This document shows positions 32,093-42,251 of a stretch of DNA of 64,000 bases, piece after piece; the first letter of the stretch is position 1; every line of letters begins with the position of its first letter. Source of the stretch: Candidatus Poribacteria bacterium (GTDB lineage: Bacteria; Poribacteria; WGA-4E; PCPOR2b); the NCBI GenBank assembly GCA_965215015.1, contig OZ244042.1, positions 2,464,001 to 2,528,000 on the forward strand, written 5' to 3'. Below the pieces are notes generated by a model. It made no database searches and had not been told where the DNA came from. It saw nothing but the letters and a program-made list of their open reading frames with translations. The position numbers and the translations under genes are program-made.

Positions 32093-32881
32093 TTATCCGT
32101 ATCGTCCTTCGATATAATCCGCTGTTTTTGAGTTCTCAGGTGTCAGGAATAAATCCGCAGTGTAGCTGTGCTCGATAATCTCACCGAGCAGCATGAAGAT
32201 ACACTCATCACTCACACGGCGCGCTTGCGCCATATTATGCGTAACAATTAGAATGGTATAATGCCCGGCAAGCTCCAACATCAACTCTTCAACAGCCCGT
32301 GTTCCTTTGGCGTCGAGGGCAGAACACGGTTCGTCCATCAAAATTACTCGCGGTTTCAGCGGCAGCAGCCGAGCTATGCACAACTTTTGCTGCTGTTCGA
32401 GCTGTAAAGTCGTCGCCTTCACCTTTAGTTGATCTTTCAAATCGTCCCAAAGAAAAACCTCCCTTAACGCTGTTTCAACAATCTCGTCAGTTTCCGCCCT
32501 CTTCCTTATACCATATCCGGAGTGGACGCGCAGACCGAAGATAATATTTTCGTAGATAGAGATTGGCAAGGGATTTGGACGCTGAAACACCATACCGACA
32601 TTTTTTCGCAGTTCAGGCAGTGAAACATCTGAATCGTAGATATTTTTACCGAGGATTTGAACTTTACCGGTCGTCGTGACGTTGCCGTAGCGTTCGTTCA
32701 CACGGTTGAAACAACGCAGCAACGTGGTCTTGCCGCACCCGGAGGGACCAATGAGCCCAGTTATTAAACCATCAACAATATTCACACTCACGTTGATAAG
32801 TGCCTGAAAATCACCGTACCACAGGTTAAGTTGATGGGTCTCAATGCTGTAGCTTTTGCTGTGTTTCTTATCTGTCCTCAT
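32093..32881 (-). CDS. pstB: Phosphate ABC transporter ATPase (degenerate signature)
   Basis: GPSGCGKT, VFQRPNP, DEPCSALD, YIEGRYG; LSGGQ replaced by LQLEQ. Confidence 0.9.
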   Translation of the reverse strand: MRTDKKHSKSYSIETHQLNLWYGDFQALINVSVNIVDGLITGLIGPSGCGKTTLLRCFNRVNERYGNVTTTGKVQILGKNIYDSDVSLPELRKNVGMVFQRPNPLPISIYENIIFGLRVHSGYGIRKRAETDEIVETALREVFLWDDLKDQLKVKATTLQLEQQQKLCIARLLPLKPRVILMDEPCSALDAKGTRAVEELMLELAGHYTILIVTHNMAQARRVSDECIFMLLGEIIEHSYTADLFLTPENSKTADYIEGRYG

Positions 32882-33651
32882 CCGAAGTTTCCATTCACGT
32901 AGTCGTAGGTTAGCCTGTTCGCCGGTGAATCAGAGAAGATAATATCGTTATCATCAATTTCGATTAGCTCGCTCTCAAATATAAAAGCAGTGCGGTCTGC
33001 CAAACGACGCGCCTGTTGAACCAAATTGGTAACGAGAATGATAGTGATTTGGGAGCATAATTCTTTGAGGATGTCCTCGATTCGCATTGTCGTCACCGGA
33101 TCAACGGCAATCGAAAATTCGTCGAGGCAGAGGATTTCGGGTTGGTGTGAGAGAGCGCGGGCGATAGTCAAGCGCTGCTGCTGTCCCCCTGACAGCTTCG
33201 TACCAAGACTATTGAGCCGGTCTTTAACCTCATCCCAAAGTGCTGCCTGTTGCAGACAACGCTCAACAAGTTCATCTAACTCACTTCGTCTGCGGATGCC
33301 CGCCGTCCGGGGAGCGAAAGCAACATTATCGTAAATAGACATGGGTAAGCCGACCGGCAGCGGAAAGACCATCCCAATACGTCGGCGCAGCTGGTTGACG
33401 TTTTTGATGCTCTTCACGTCTGTGCCATCAATTTTCACTGAACCACTGACCTCTGCACTTGGCTCGAATTCAATCGTACGGTTAATTGTTTTCAGCAACG
33501 TTGTTTTGCCTGATTGTGCAGGACCGATAATGCCCAGTATTTCATTCTCGTATATATTGAAAGAAATTCCTTTAAGGGCTTCCATCCCGTTGTATCGAAC
33601 AGTGAGATCAGCGATTTCAATTTTCTTTGTCGAGTTAGATATCTTTGCCAA
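32878..33651 (-). CDS. pstB: Phosphate ABC transporter ATPase
   Basis: GPAQSGKT, LSGGQQQRL, DEFSIAVDP; H-loop reads VTN. Confidence 0.9.
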   Translation of the reverse strand: MAKISNSTKKIEIADLTVRYNGMEALKGISFNIYENEILGIIGPAQSGKTTLLKTINRTIEFEPSAEVSGSVKIDGTDVKSIKNVNQLRRRIGMVFPLPVGLPMSIYDNVAFAPRTAGIRRRSELDELVERCLQQAALWDEVKDRLNSLGTKLSGGQQQRLTIARALSHQPEILCLDEFSIAVDPVTTMRIEDILKELCSQITIILVTNLVQQARRLADRTAFIFESELIEIDDNDIIFSDSPANRLTYDYVNGNFG

Positions 33652-33724
33652 TGTCTTAGATTTTACCGTAAATTAAAATTCCCGGAACCAAATTTCACAT
33701 TCCTTTCAGGTCCTAATTGTCAAC

Positions 33725-34666
33725 CTACCACCGCTTCCGAGACCGCAGGTACACGCGCAACACAATCGCTAACGCGTTCACCATCAGCACGGCACCCAAA
33801 AGCACAACGGCTGTGCCATACTCTAAGGCTTCGGGAACGCCCGGAACTTGGGTCGAAAGTTGGTACAGGTGCATCGAAAGTGCCATAAATCGATCAAACA
33901 GACTATAGGCAAAAACATCCCCTTCAGAGATGGCCTTAAAAAATACTGCGCCGGTAAACATAATTGGCGCAGTCTCGCCCGCTGCTCGGGACACCTGTAA
34001 AATTACTCCCGTCAATATACCGCTGATTGAATTCGGCAAGACGATGCCACGAATCGTCTGCCACCGCGTTGCGCCGGTATTCCAACAGGCTTCCCGAAAT
34101 GCCATTGGAACAGCACCAAGTGCTTCTTTCGTGCTTGCGATGATAACCGGCAAGGTCATAATTGCCAACGTGAGCGAAGCGGCCAAAACCGAACGCCCCA
34201 TCTTTGCAAAATACACAAAAGCACCCACGCCAAAAAGGGCGTGAACGATACTCGGCACACCGGCGAGATTGACTACCGCAAGGTTAATTATGCGCGTGAA
34301 CCAACTTTCGCGGGCGTATTCGTTCAGGTAGACCGCAGCTAACACACCGATCGGCGCGGAAACAAGCAGCGAAATGATTACAATGTAAATCGTTCCAAGC
34401 AGCGGTGCCCATATACCACCGGCTCTCATCCCCTTTGCAGGGTTCGTAAAAAGGAACTCCAGAGACAAAATCGGTGACGCCTTAACAAAGAGATATACAA
34501 CGATGAGAACAAGCGGCAATATTATCAACAGCGTCATCACGAAGAAGATGCCCCGTGCGATATTCTCCGTCAGCTGTTTTTTACGACTCCGCTCGGTTGC
34601 GGTAAACATCAATTGAGGTGCGGCGGTTTCTGGAGAGGTGGGGGAGGAATTTATATCTGTTACCAT
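33725..34666 (-). CDS. pstA: Phosphate ABC permease
   Basis: YLNEYA, NLAGVPSIV, RAAGETAP. Confidence 0.93.
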   Translation of the reverse strand: MVTDINSSPTSPETAAPQLMFTATERSRKKQLTENIARGIFFVMTLLIILPLVLIVVYLFVKASPILSLEFLFTNPAKGMRAGGIWAPLLGTIYIVIISLLVSAPIGVLAAVYLNEYARESWFTRIINLAVVNLAGVPSIVHALFGVGAFVYFAKMGRSVLAASLTLAIMTLPVIIASTKEALGAVPMAFREACWNTGATRWQTIRGIVLPNSISGILTGVILQVSRAAGETAPIMFTGAVFFKAISEGDVFAYSLFDRFMALSMHLYQLSTQVPGVPEALEYGTAVVLLGAVLMVNALAIVLRVYLRSRKRW

Positions 34667-34685
34667 GTAATCTCTTAAATGAGTG

Positions 34686-35594
34686 CTATGCCTTTTCGCG
34701 GATGCCTTTAATCACAAGGTCAGTGACAAAGTTCACAATAAATGTAATTGAAAACAACAAAACACCGATGATAAACAATACACTATAGTGATCACTTCCC
34801 TCTGCTGCCTCACCTAATTCTGCTGCAATCGTGGCGGTCAGGGTGCGAACAGAATCGAAAGGACTAGTCGGCAGGTTCACCGCATGACCTGTTGTCATCA
34901 GTACTGCCATGGTTTCACCGACAGCACGACCAACGCCCAGTAGCACCGCTGCGAGTAATCCATTCTTCGCTGTGGGCAACAACACACGATAAATTACCTG
35001 CCATCGCGTCGCGCCGAGTGCTTCAGCCGCCTCTCGATACGAATCCGGCACAGCTTTGAGCGCGTCCTCACCGATAGAGACAATAATGGGAACACTCATC
35101 AGGGCCAGAATGAGGCCACCGTTTAGCATCGTCAAGCCAATCGGCACGTTGAATAGCTCGATAATCAGTGCGTTCATCACCGTCAAGCCGATGAACCCCC
35201 ACACGACAGACGGAATCGCCGCGAGTAACTCGATGACGATTTTGAGTATCTCCTTCAGTTTTGGACCACAAAATTCAGACACGAAGATAGCTGCCCCAAG
35301 CCCAAACGGCACAGCAATAATCATCGCCAAGGCAGTCACGCTAAACGTACCTGCGATTAATGCCAATACACCGTAACGTTTGTTATTCAGAGAGGTGGGA
35401 TACCATTCGGGGCTCGTGAGAAACTCAACGATATCCAATCCACCGAAGAAAAAACCCATCCCTTCGCGGAAGACGAAAAAAAATATACCGAAGACAAAGA
35501 TGATTGCGCTGATACCACACAGGCGAATGATTCCTTCGATAACTGGCTCACACCAACGTTCCAGTTGGTAAAAAATGTTCACGATTGTTCGCAT
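34686..35594 (-). CDS. pstC: Phosphate ABC permease
   Basis: ELLAAIPSVVWG, GRAVGETMAV. Confidence 0.93.
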   Translation of the reverse strand: MRTIVNIFYQLERWCEPVIEGIIRLCGISAIIFVFGIFFFVFREGMGFFFGGLDIVEFLTSPEWYPTSLNNKRYGVLALIAGTFSVTALAMIIAVPFGLGAAIFVSEFCGPKLKEILKIVIELLAAIPSVVWGFIGLTVMNALIIELFNVPIGLTMLNGGLILALMSVPIIVSIGEDALKAVPDSYREAAEALGATRWQVIYRVLLPTAKNGLLAAVLLGVGRAVGETMAVLMTTGHAVNLPTSPFDSVRTLTATIAAELGEAAEGSDHYSVLFIIGVLLFSITFIVNFVTDLVIKGIREKA

Positions 35595-35652
35595 AATTGA
35601 TGGTCATTCATTGGCGTTTCGGCACCGTAATTCAACAAGCCCCTATCGCGAC

Positions 35653-36561
35653 TCATTTCTGTCCGACGGGGACGTAACCCGTTTTCTCAACAATCCCCTG
35701 TCCCGCTGGCGAAAAGATCCAATCTAGGTAAGACTGTTCCTGCGGTTCTGGGGTTCCGAGCGAATACATATACAAGGGCCTTGCGATTGGATACGTGCCA
35801 TCAAGTACGCCTTGGGCAGTAGGACCAGAGGCGGTATCACCGGCGGTTTTGGCAATCTTAAGCATCTTCACCTCTTCCGTGACATACCCCATGCCGCTAT
35901 AACCAATTGCACACGGCGTATGGGCGATGAGTTCAACGACATCCTTGGAGCCGTGTAAATCTCTTGAACCGAGTTTATAATCGCGATTCTTGCCGAGAAT
36001 TGCCGCGCGGAAATAGACGAATGTCCCAGAATTTGATTGGCGGCTCACCCGGATGATCTCGTCACTAGCACACCTGCTATTATCGATGCCGAGCTGCGAC
36101 CATTCAGTTATGTCTCCGCCTTCTCCGTAGATATCAGCAAGTTGCTCTATGGAGATTTCAGCGAGTGGGTTGTCCTTGTGGACGTAAACAGCAAGCGCAT
36201 CGTACCCAACGATAAACTCTTTTGATGCTTCGCCGGTATTCTGTTTCACCCGTTCACTCTCCTCTGGGGTCATTTGACGGCTACAATTTGCGATGTCTAC
36301 CGTGCCGCTAATCAGGGCAGCGATACCGGTTCCTGAACCACCACCGGATACTTCAATGGACACATTCGGCTCGACTGTAGCATACTCCTCTGCCCATGCC
36401 TGTGCAAGATTGACCATCGTATCAGAACCCGCGTTCTGAATCACGGACTTCTCCGTTGTGTTACCCCCACTCTTTTCACCCGCCTCATCTTTCTTTGTAC
36501 ATCCGTTTGAAAATAAACAGAACGCTACCGCAACGATAGCGCACAATACTTTATTAAACAT
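35653..36561 (-). CDS. pstS: Phosphate-binding lipoprotein
   Basis: Lipobox (SNGC), GSDTM, GGGSGTG, SRQSNSGT, YPIARPL. Confidence 0.93.
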   Translation of the reverse strand: MFNKVLCAIVAVAFCLFSNGCTKKDEAGEKSGGNTTEKSVIQNAGSDTMVNLAQAWAEEYATVEPNVSIEVSGGGSGTGIAALISGTVDIANCSRQMTPEESERVKQNTGEASKEFIVGYDALAVYVHKDNPLAEISIEQLADIYGEGGDITEWSQLGIDNSRCASDEIIRVSRQSNSGTFVYFRAAILGKNRDYKLGSRDLHGSKDVVELIAHTPCAIGYSGMGYVTEEVKMLKIAKTAGDTASGPTAQGVLDGTYPIARPLYMYSLGTPEPQEQSYLDWIFSPAGQGIVEKTGYVPVGQK

Positions 36562-36568
36562 CAGTTTC

Positions 36569-37681
36569 CTACTCCTTCTCAACATCATCACCGAGAATTG
36601 CTTGAGTCAGTTCTCGGAGGTGTGTTTCTAAAAATTGAAATGTTTTTTGGTATGCAGCTTGAATTTCCGCTGCAGTTCCTTCAAGTTTTGATGGATCGGG
36701 CACTTCCCAGCTAATACGAACTGGTCTCGAGGGCAACGATGGGAGTGCTCTCTCCGCTTCCTCACAGAGCGATACAATGATTGCATAATCTTTGAGATCT
36801 AAAATCTGGTTTAAATATTTGGACCTCTGACCAGAAATATCAATCCCCTTTTCCGCCATGAATTGCACGGTTTTTGGATCCAGCGGCTGGGATGCCACGC
36901 CGGCACTGCTAAACAGTATCCTATCTGATTCGAGCGCATTGCCGATACCGACTGCCATCTGACCTCGGCACGCATCGTGCTCGGCAACGAAAAGCACGCG
37001 CAACACCTGTTGATAGTTATGTCTTAAATCTTCACCGGTACACATATACAAGACTTCTTCGCAAATATTGCTTGCCTGATTTGCCACGCGCTCCAAGCAA
37101 CTGACAATCGTCACCAATGGTGCTAGTGCCTCTGAGGGCAATTCGTTCTTGATATGTAATTGGATTAAATCACGATGAATTTCATAGCGCAGGTTGTCTA
37201 TGGCTCGTTCTTTTTCCCTTTCCCTTGTTGCCTTCGCCAACTCAGCATCGCCTTCAGTGAAGGCTTGCAAAGCATTACGAAAGAACGAAATTGCAAGGTA
37301 GGCAATGTCGCTGAGCCTGGGATAGGAAGCTTGCACCCCCAGATCGCTGACAGTCAAAAATCGCCTAGCAATCGCTTTCGCATAATCACCGACACGCTCC
37401 AATCCGGTGTTGATTTTGATGACCGAATAGACAAAGCGCATTTGACTCGCGACTGGCAGATGCTTAATCAAAAATCTCTGGCAAAGTGATTCTAAGGTCT
37501 CCTCTAATTCATCGATATGCCGATCCCTTAAGATCACCGCATAAGCCAACTGCCGAGCATTATCCTCAATCGCACCCAGACAAGTCTCTAACGCTTTTTC
37601 AACCAATCTGCCCATCTCAATTACATTGCTGCGAATTAAATCAATGTCCTGCTGCATATTTTCTTCTAAGCGAGATTGCAT
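36569..37681 (-). CDS. phoU: PhoU fused to a C-terminal LMW-PTP/ArsC-like domain
   Basis: PVASQMR, LERVGDYA, LERVANQASNICE; then VLFVAEHDACRGQMA, SAG, GIDISGQRSK, WEVPDP. Confidence 0.88.
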   Translation of the reverse strand: MQSRLEENMQQDIDLIRSNVIEMGRLVEKALETCLGAIEDNARQLAYAVILRDRHIDELEETLESLCQRFLIKHLPVASQMRFVYSVIKINTGLERVGDYAKAIARRFLTVSDLGVQASYPRLSDIAYLAISFFRNALQAFTEGDAELAKATREREKERAIDNLRYEIHRDLIQLHIKNELPSEALAPLVTIVSCLERVANQASNICEEVLYMCTGEDLRHNYQQVLRVLFVAEHDACRGQMAVGIGNALESDRILFSSAGVASQPLDPKTVQFMAEKGIDISGQRSKYLNQILDLKDYAIIVSLCEEAERALPSLPSRPVRISWEVPDPSKLEGTAAEIQAAYQKTFQFLETHLRELTQAILGDDVEKE

Positions 37682-37778
37682 GGCGTGCCCCCTCCAAATT
37701 TTGTCATATTCCAACGTTCGTCATGATACATGGTAGTAGATCATAACTGAGGGACAAAGATAAATAAGACATCCATTG

Positions 37779-38816
37779 CTAGAACGTAAAGAATGCTGTC
37801 AAACGCGGCATAATCGTTGCGTCAGGTTTGGTGCCGTTATCAGGTTCATCGTAAAAAACAAAGACGAGATTGGGCATGATATGGAACGCCTCAATTGGTG
37901 TCCAATCCAACCCAACAAGAATCATATTCGGTGCTGCTATATCATCAAAAGGGATATAAGAAATGGCCTTCCCAGAGGGATTCGGATCGAACAGTCGATC
38001 AAACCGAGCGAAAGCCCACACCTTCTTCTCGATCAATTGTGCTGCACCGAACACCGAGCCCCCTAAAATATTAAGGTCGCTCTTCTGCCGCGTTTGATTG
38101 ACAAGCTGAACACCGATCCGAAATTGCTCCCGTTGATAGCCGAGAAGCCCTTGTAATGTGTACCATCTGCCCCGATCTACCGCATTTTCCAAATCAGCAT
38201 ATCCTTCAACGATAATGCCTCTAACAGGCTTGGCTGCGAGCGAAAAAGCGACCTTCTTGTTCTTATCGATTTCTGCCTTTGTGCTCATGCCATTTGCGAA
38301 TATCAGATGATAGCTGATTTTCTTTGATTTGTCGACATCGCCTTGTAGTGCTACACCAAAGTCGGAGCCGTTCCCCATTTTATGAAGGGCAACTAGCGTT
38401 TTTGCAATAGAGCGATAGCCCCATACCTTGTCAACATTGTTCCAAGTTGGGTTGTTGGATAACCCCAAATAAATATTCGTCCGCCACTTGGGTCGCTTCC
38501 ACCTCAGATAGCCGTTTTTGAGAAACGGTTCGATTTTTGAGCTTGTCTGGCGGGCTGTGGGAAATGATTGTCCATTCATCTCCAGACGAAATCGCACGGA
38601 AAAATCTTCTGACAGGTCCTTGTCGTAATTAAAGTAGATGCGCCGATACTGAAATCCATTTCGATTCTTAAGTTCAGCGTCATAAGCCTTCAGCACGTGG
38701 TAGTAATCAGTAAAAAAATAACCGCTAATCCTACCCTCATTTCCCCACAAAACAGAAGGGTTACTCAACAATAGACATATAACAAGCAAGATGCTGTGAC
38801 GAAAATATTTTCTCAT
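37779..38816 (-). CDS. Outer-membrane porin (putative phosphate-selective)
   Basis: Signal peptide, FQYRRIYF, alternating beta-strands, C-terminal Phe; directly upstream of phoU-pstS. Confidence 0.65.
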   Translation of the reverse strand: MRKYFRHSILLVICLLLSNPSVLWGNEGRISGYFFTDYYHVLKAYDAELKNRNGFQYRRIYFNYDKDLSEDFSVRFRLEMNGQSFPTARQTSSKIEPFLKNGYLRWKRPKWRTNIYLGLSNNPTWNNVDKVWGYRSIAKTLVALHKMGNGSDFGVALQGDVDKSKKISYHLIFANGMSTKAEIDKNKKVAFSLAAKPVRGIIVEGYADLENAVDRGRWYTLQGLLGYQREQFRIGVQLVNQTRQKSDLNILGGSVFGAAQLIEKKVWAFARFDRLFDPNPSGKAISYIPFDDIAAPNMILVGLDWTPIEAFHIMPNLVFVFYDEPDNGTKPDATIMPRLTAFFTF

Positions 38817-39142
38817 AAAGCCTCCGTTCGTAACATTTTTGTTCAATGACATTTTGGTGAATTACTTAACATCGATCAACTTAAATATACCATAAATGCC
38901 ACAAATTGTCACAAAAAAAGCGCGTTATGAAACATGTCTCTATGAAAAGAGGACACGACTGGGACAAGGCGGCAATTCATAACGCGTCCGATGGAGGTTA
39001 TTGTTTTGCCAGTTTTAGACCCTGATTAGTTCAGAGATGCTCATAAATAGGCCCTGATGGGTGTACCCCTCAACGGGTAGGGGTTGGGCGAGGAGACCTC
39101 AACCGAATCGAGCGATGACACGCATTGAATAATGAGCACCCC

Positions 39143-40006
39143 TCAATTAGTTTTTAACTGAAAAGCGATTGGAATCTCTAGACGAAGCGTTAATCCTTCT
39201 TGACCTTCAGGAAAAGATGGAAAGGGGGCAGCGTCGCGCACAGCGGACAGAGCAGCAGCGTCAAGCGATTTGGAGCCAGAGGAGGTGACGACCTTAACGT
39301 CGACAAGGCTTCCATCACGACGAATTGTAAATTGTAACTGTGCCTCGCTGCCATCAGCTAAATTTCGTACCGATCGCGGATAGCGTTGGGAGCGTCTGAT
39401 TTTGTCCCGGACCAACTGGAGAAACTCCGTAAAGGATTGTGTTGCATCTCTCAGCTCTGCTGTAATCGGTTCAATTGCCGCCGGGTTAAAGTCCATTTGT
39501 GAAAAATTGTTCCCCGTGTCAATCTTACTGGTTATTGATGTACTCATAAATTTTGGGACTTCAAACTGAGGTGTTACAGCAACGACTTGTGCCTGACGGG
39601 CTCCGGAAAATAAACCTCTACCAAGTTGAGTGCTAGGTTCACCGATCAATCCAACAGAAAGACTACTGGCTGGAATCGTGAACCTTTCGCTGCCTATTGG
39701 AAGACGAGCACTAGTTGTAGCAATTTGTTGAAGTTGCGGTTTAGGCGTTGCTATTGCTTTTCGAGGAGTGGTGGTTTTGGCAATGCGTGGGCGGGACCGA
39801 CGCTTAAGTGTCGGTTTGGGAGCGGGTTTCATCAGCACCCCTTGCATCAGCTCCTCATTGACAATCTTTTCTTGTACAACGTATGCTGTGGCAATTAATG
39901 CTCCGGCAAGATGGAGAATAACAGAGGCAAAAAATGCCCCGCTCCTTTTGCCTGCTTGCTTAGGTGAACCTTGATTTCGACTGGGTATAACATGTCCTTT
40001 GGGCAT
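39143..40006 (-). CDS. tonB: TonB family energy transducer
   Basis: SVILH TM, Pro/Lys-rich linker, YP...FTIRRDG...SSG..LDAAAL C-domain. Confidence 0.8.
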   Translation of the reverse strand: MPKGHVIPSRNQGSPKQAGKRSGAFFASVILHLAGALIATAYVVQEKIVNEELMQGVLMKPAPKPTLKRRSRPRIAKTTTPRKAIATPKPQLQQIATTSARLPIGSERFTIPASSLSVGLIGEPSTQLGRGLFSGARQAQVVAVTPQFEVPKFMSTSITSKIDTGNNFSQMDFNPAAIEPITAELRDATQSFTEFLQLVRDKIRRSQRYPRSVRNLADGSEAQLQFTIRRDGSLVDVKVVTSSGSKSLDAAALSAVRDAAPFPSFPEGQEGLTLRLEIPIAFQLKTN

Positions 40007-40020
40007 AGCATGTTCTTCGA

Positions 40021-40113
40021 CTTCATTCGTAGGAGTACGACTCACACGAGGTGCAGGGGCTTGTTCACCCCTGAAAGAGGCAGGGAACGAGCCTGTTACC
40101 ATCTGCTCTCGAC
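40021..40113. repeat. About 90-bp dispersed repeat, copy 2
   Basis: Near-identical to 29484-29573. Confidence 0.85.
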
Positions 40114-40174
40114 GTTTCTTTTTTTTTATGTAGTTGTTTGCTTTATAATTAGAAATGTAACCACTCATCATTGT

Positions 40175-40675
40175 TCAATCCTCATAACTTAAAAGTTTAT
40201 AATGATTTCCTTTCTTGACCACAGATCCAAGAATCCTCAATTCAATTTTTTTACCGTTCGCTTGCTGTACTGTAAGCACTGTTCCGCGTAGCAGCTTAAA
40301 ACCTTTATATGCCTCGGTTGGACGATCAAATTGGATAGCTGTAAAGACTAAACCCTTGCGTCCGTAACGTTCAATCCAACTGTTAGCACCGAGGACGCAT
40401 TTTTTATCCAAATTTGACCATGCAAAATCAGCGGTAAAGTTATAGGGGGGGCGGCTTGCAGGAAAGGCGGGCCAAATCCATGACAAATATTCATCTTGAT
40501 CCACTCTCAACTGATGTAGCCCATTACTATCCCCACGATTCAACGCATCAACGACAGCTTGACCGAGGGCAGCCGGAGAATCAAAGCTGCCCTCCCATGA
40601 ATTTTTTTTATTCCAACCAATCGATACGATCAGCAGAACGAGAAGAATTATTCCTAATACAATTCGCCATTTCAT
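40175..40675 (-). CDS. Secreted or membrane-anchored hypothetical protein
   Basis: N-terminal hydrophobic segment; co-oriented within the operon. Confidence 0.7.
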   Translation of the reverse strand: MKWRIVLGIILLVLLIVSIGWNKKNSWEGSFDSPAALGQAVVDALNRGDSNGLHQLRVDQDEYLSWIWPAFPASRPPYNFTADFAWSNLDKKCVLGANSWIERYGRKGLVFTAIQFDRPTEAYKGFKLLRGTVLTVQQANGKKIELRILGSVVKKGNHYKLLSYED

Positions 40676-40752
40676 GTGATGAAAGAAAATGAAATTCAAG
40701 GATTGAACAGGATTGTTTTAACATCTTAATCCTGAACATCCTTGAATTTTAA

Positions 40753-42084
40753 TTAGTTTTGAGCGGTTGTCGTCCAACCCTCTGTCCAGTTATCGTTAGG
40801 CCCCATTCCACCAATAAAATTCACAGGCTCAAAGAAGCCATCCCCAGGCGGCGAAGCGACTGGAATCGCACCGTTGACCGCTGGAGAATCGGCGGCTGGG
40901 CGAAAGTCTGGACCACTCTGGGCAAATGGGTTGTTCAACTTCGCATCTGCCTCAAGGTTATTAAAGGTTGGATCCATTGCCCATGCAGCTTCATCGAAAT
41001 CCTCGTCCGGTTCGGCGAAGTTACCCGGTTGGTTATTGGAGAAAATGGTGTTTTGGATGGTGAGATTACCGCTGTTGGCTTGAGCAATCGTTGACGCATT
41101 ATCAATATCAAGTCCAGCTTTGTTCTTAAAACCGTGTACAATGATATTGCGATATATGCCCGCTGCGCCTTCACGAATTAACATACCGGTATCACTTGTG
41201 GGTCCCTGCGGGTCACCGATAAGTGTGGCGTTGTAAATTGTCGGGGCAGACCGTGGCGTTGCATCATTGTTCTTGCTGCTGTTGTCATTTTCAAAGCCGT
41301 TATCGGCCTCATCTCCACGTTGCTGTGCAATCCAGAACTGGCCTTTGCCAGTCCAACCATCTGTCCAATCGAAGGAATCATCACGTGCACCTGTGACAAG
41401 CGCGTGTTTGATGTTGACCGTACCACCGAACATCTCAATGCCATCATCCTGATTGAAGTGAACCTGTACATAATTGACTACCGTACCAGAACCAACGCCT
41501 TGGAAGGCGATACCATTTAACTCGTTATCAGGACTAAACTCAATACCTGCAAATTCGACGCGAACATATTTGAGGACGCCGCTGCTATCTGTGGGATTAT
41601 TTCCACCGAAAGCACCCGTATCCCCTTCACCGAATGTAATGCCTTGGTTGCTAGGGGCACGACCATTAATAATCAGACCTCCCCACTGTCCGCGACCACG
41701 CGAACCTTCGAGAGCATCGCTGGTGAAAACAATCGGTGCATCCGGCGTTCCTTCAGCCATAATCCTTGAACCTCGCGCGATAATAAGCGTACCGTTGGAA
41801 ACACCTTCCCCAAAAATAGTAGTGCCCGGTTCAATGGTCAACGTGGCATCATTTTCTACATATACAGCACCCCGTAGCACATGTTCACGGTCTGCTTTGA
41901 GGGTAAGGTTTCCCGTGATTTTCCCCTCAAGGATATTTGGACCACTCGGTTCTTCAGCAGTGGTGACATCACCACCGTCAGTGCTATCAGTGTCGTCGTC
42001 TTCGTCATCACCACAACCCACAAACAGAAGGGCAAGGCAGATGCACAGGACAGGCAACAACCGGAAACACAAAAAGTTACTCAT
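40753..42084 (-). CDS. Beta-helix-like lipoprotein partner of the TonB-dependent receptor
   Basis: Lipobox FVGC, acidic linker, LTIEPGT, PIVFTS, WGGLII, YVRVEFAG, DDGIEMFGG. Confidence 0.8.
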   Translation of the reverse strand: MSNFLCFRLLPVLCICLALLFVGCGDDEDDDTDSTDGGDVTTAEEPSGPNILEGKITGNLTLKADREHVLRGAVYVENDATLTIEPGTTIFGEGVSNGTLIIARGSRIMAEGTPDAPIVFTSDALEGSRGRGQWGGLIINGRAPSNQGITFGEGDTGAFGGNNPTDSSGVLKYVRVEFAGIEFSPDNELNGIAFQGVGSGTVVNYVQVHFNQDDGIEMFGGTVNIKHALVTGARDDSFDWTDGWTGKGQFWIAQQRGDEADNGFENDNSSKNNDATPRSAPTIYNATLIGDPQGPTSDTGMLIREGAAGIYRNIIVHGFKNKAGLDIDNASTIAQANSGNLTIQNTIFSNNQPGNFAEPDEDFDEAAWAMDPTFNNLEADAKLNNPFAQSGPDFRPAADSPAVNGAIPVASPPGDGFFEPVNFIGGMGPNDNWTEGWTTTAQN

Positions 42085-42251
42085 TGGATTCAACTTCCTT
42101 TCTTGGTTAGATTTAGCGTAAAATATAAAAAGAATGCTCATGTTAAGAAACCGTGCAACAGACTCCGAGTTTTTTTTTCGGAAAAGTTCGGGGGTTGTTC
42201 GTGTTTCGCACTCTCTTTTTACATGAGCCAAAAAGAAATTTTCTTGCTCTT

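Noticed and set aside
40007-40171. N-terminal extension of TonB and the similar 61-aa ORF at 29401-29586
   Set aside because: The shared peptide is just the translation of the 90-bp DNA repeat
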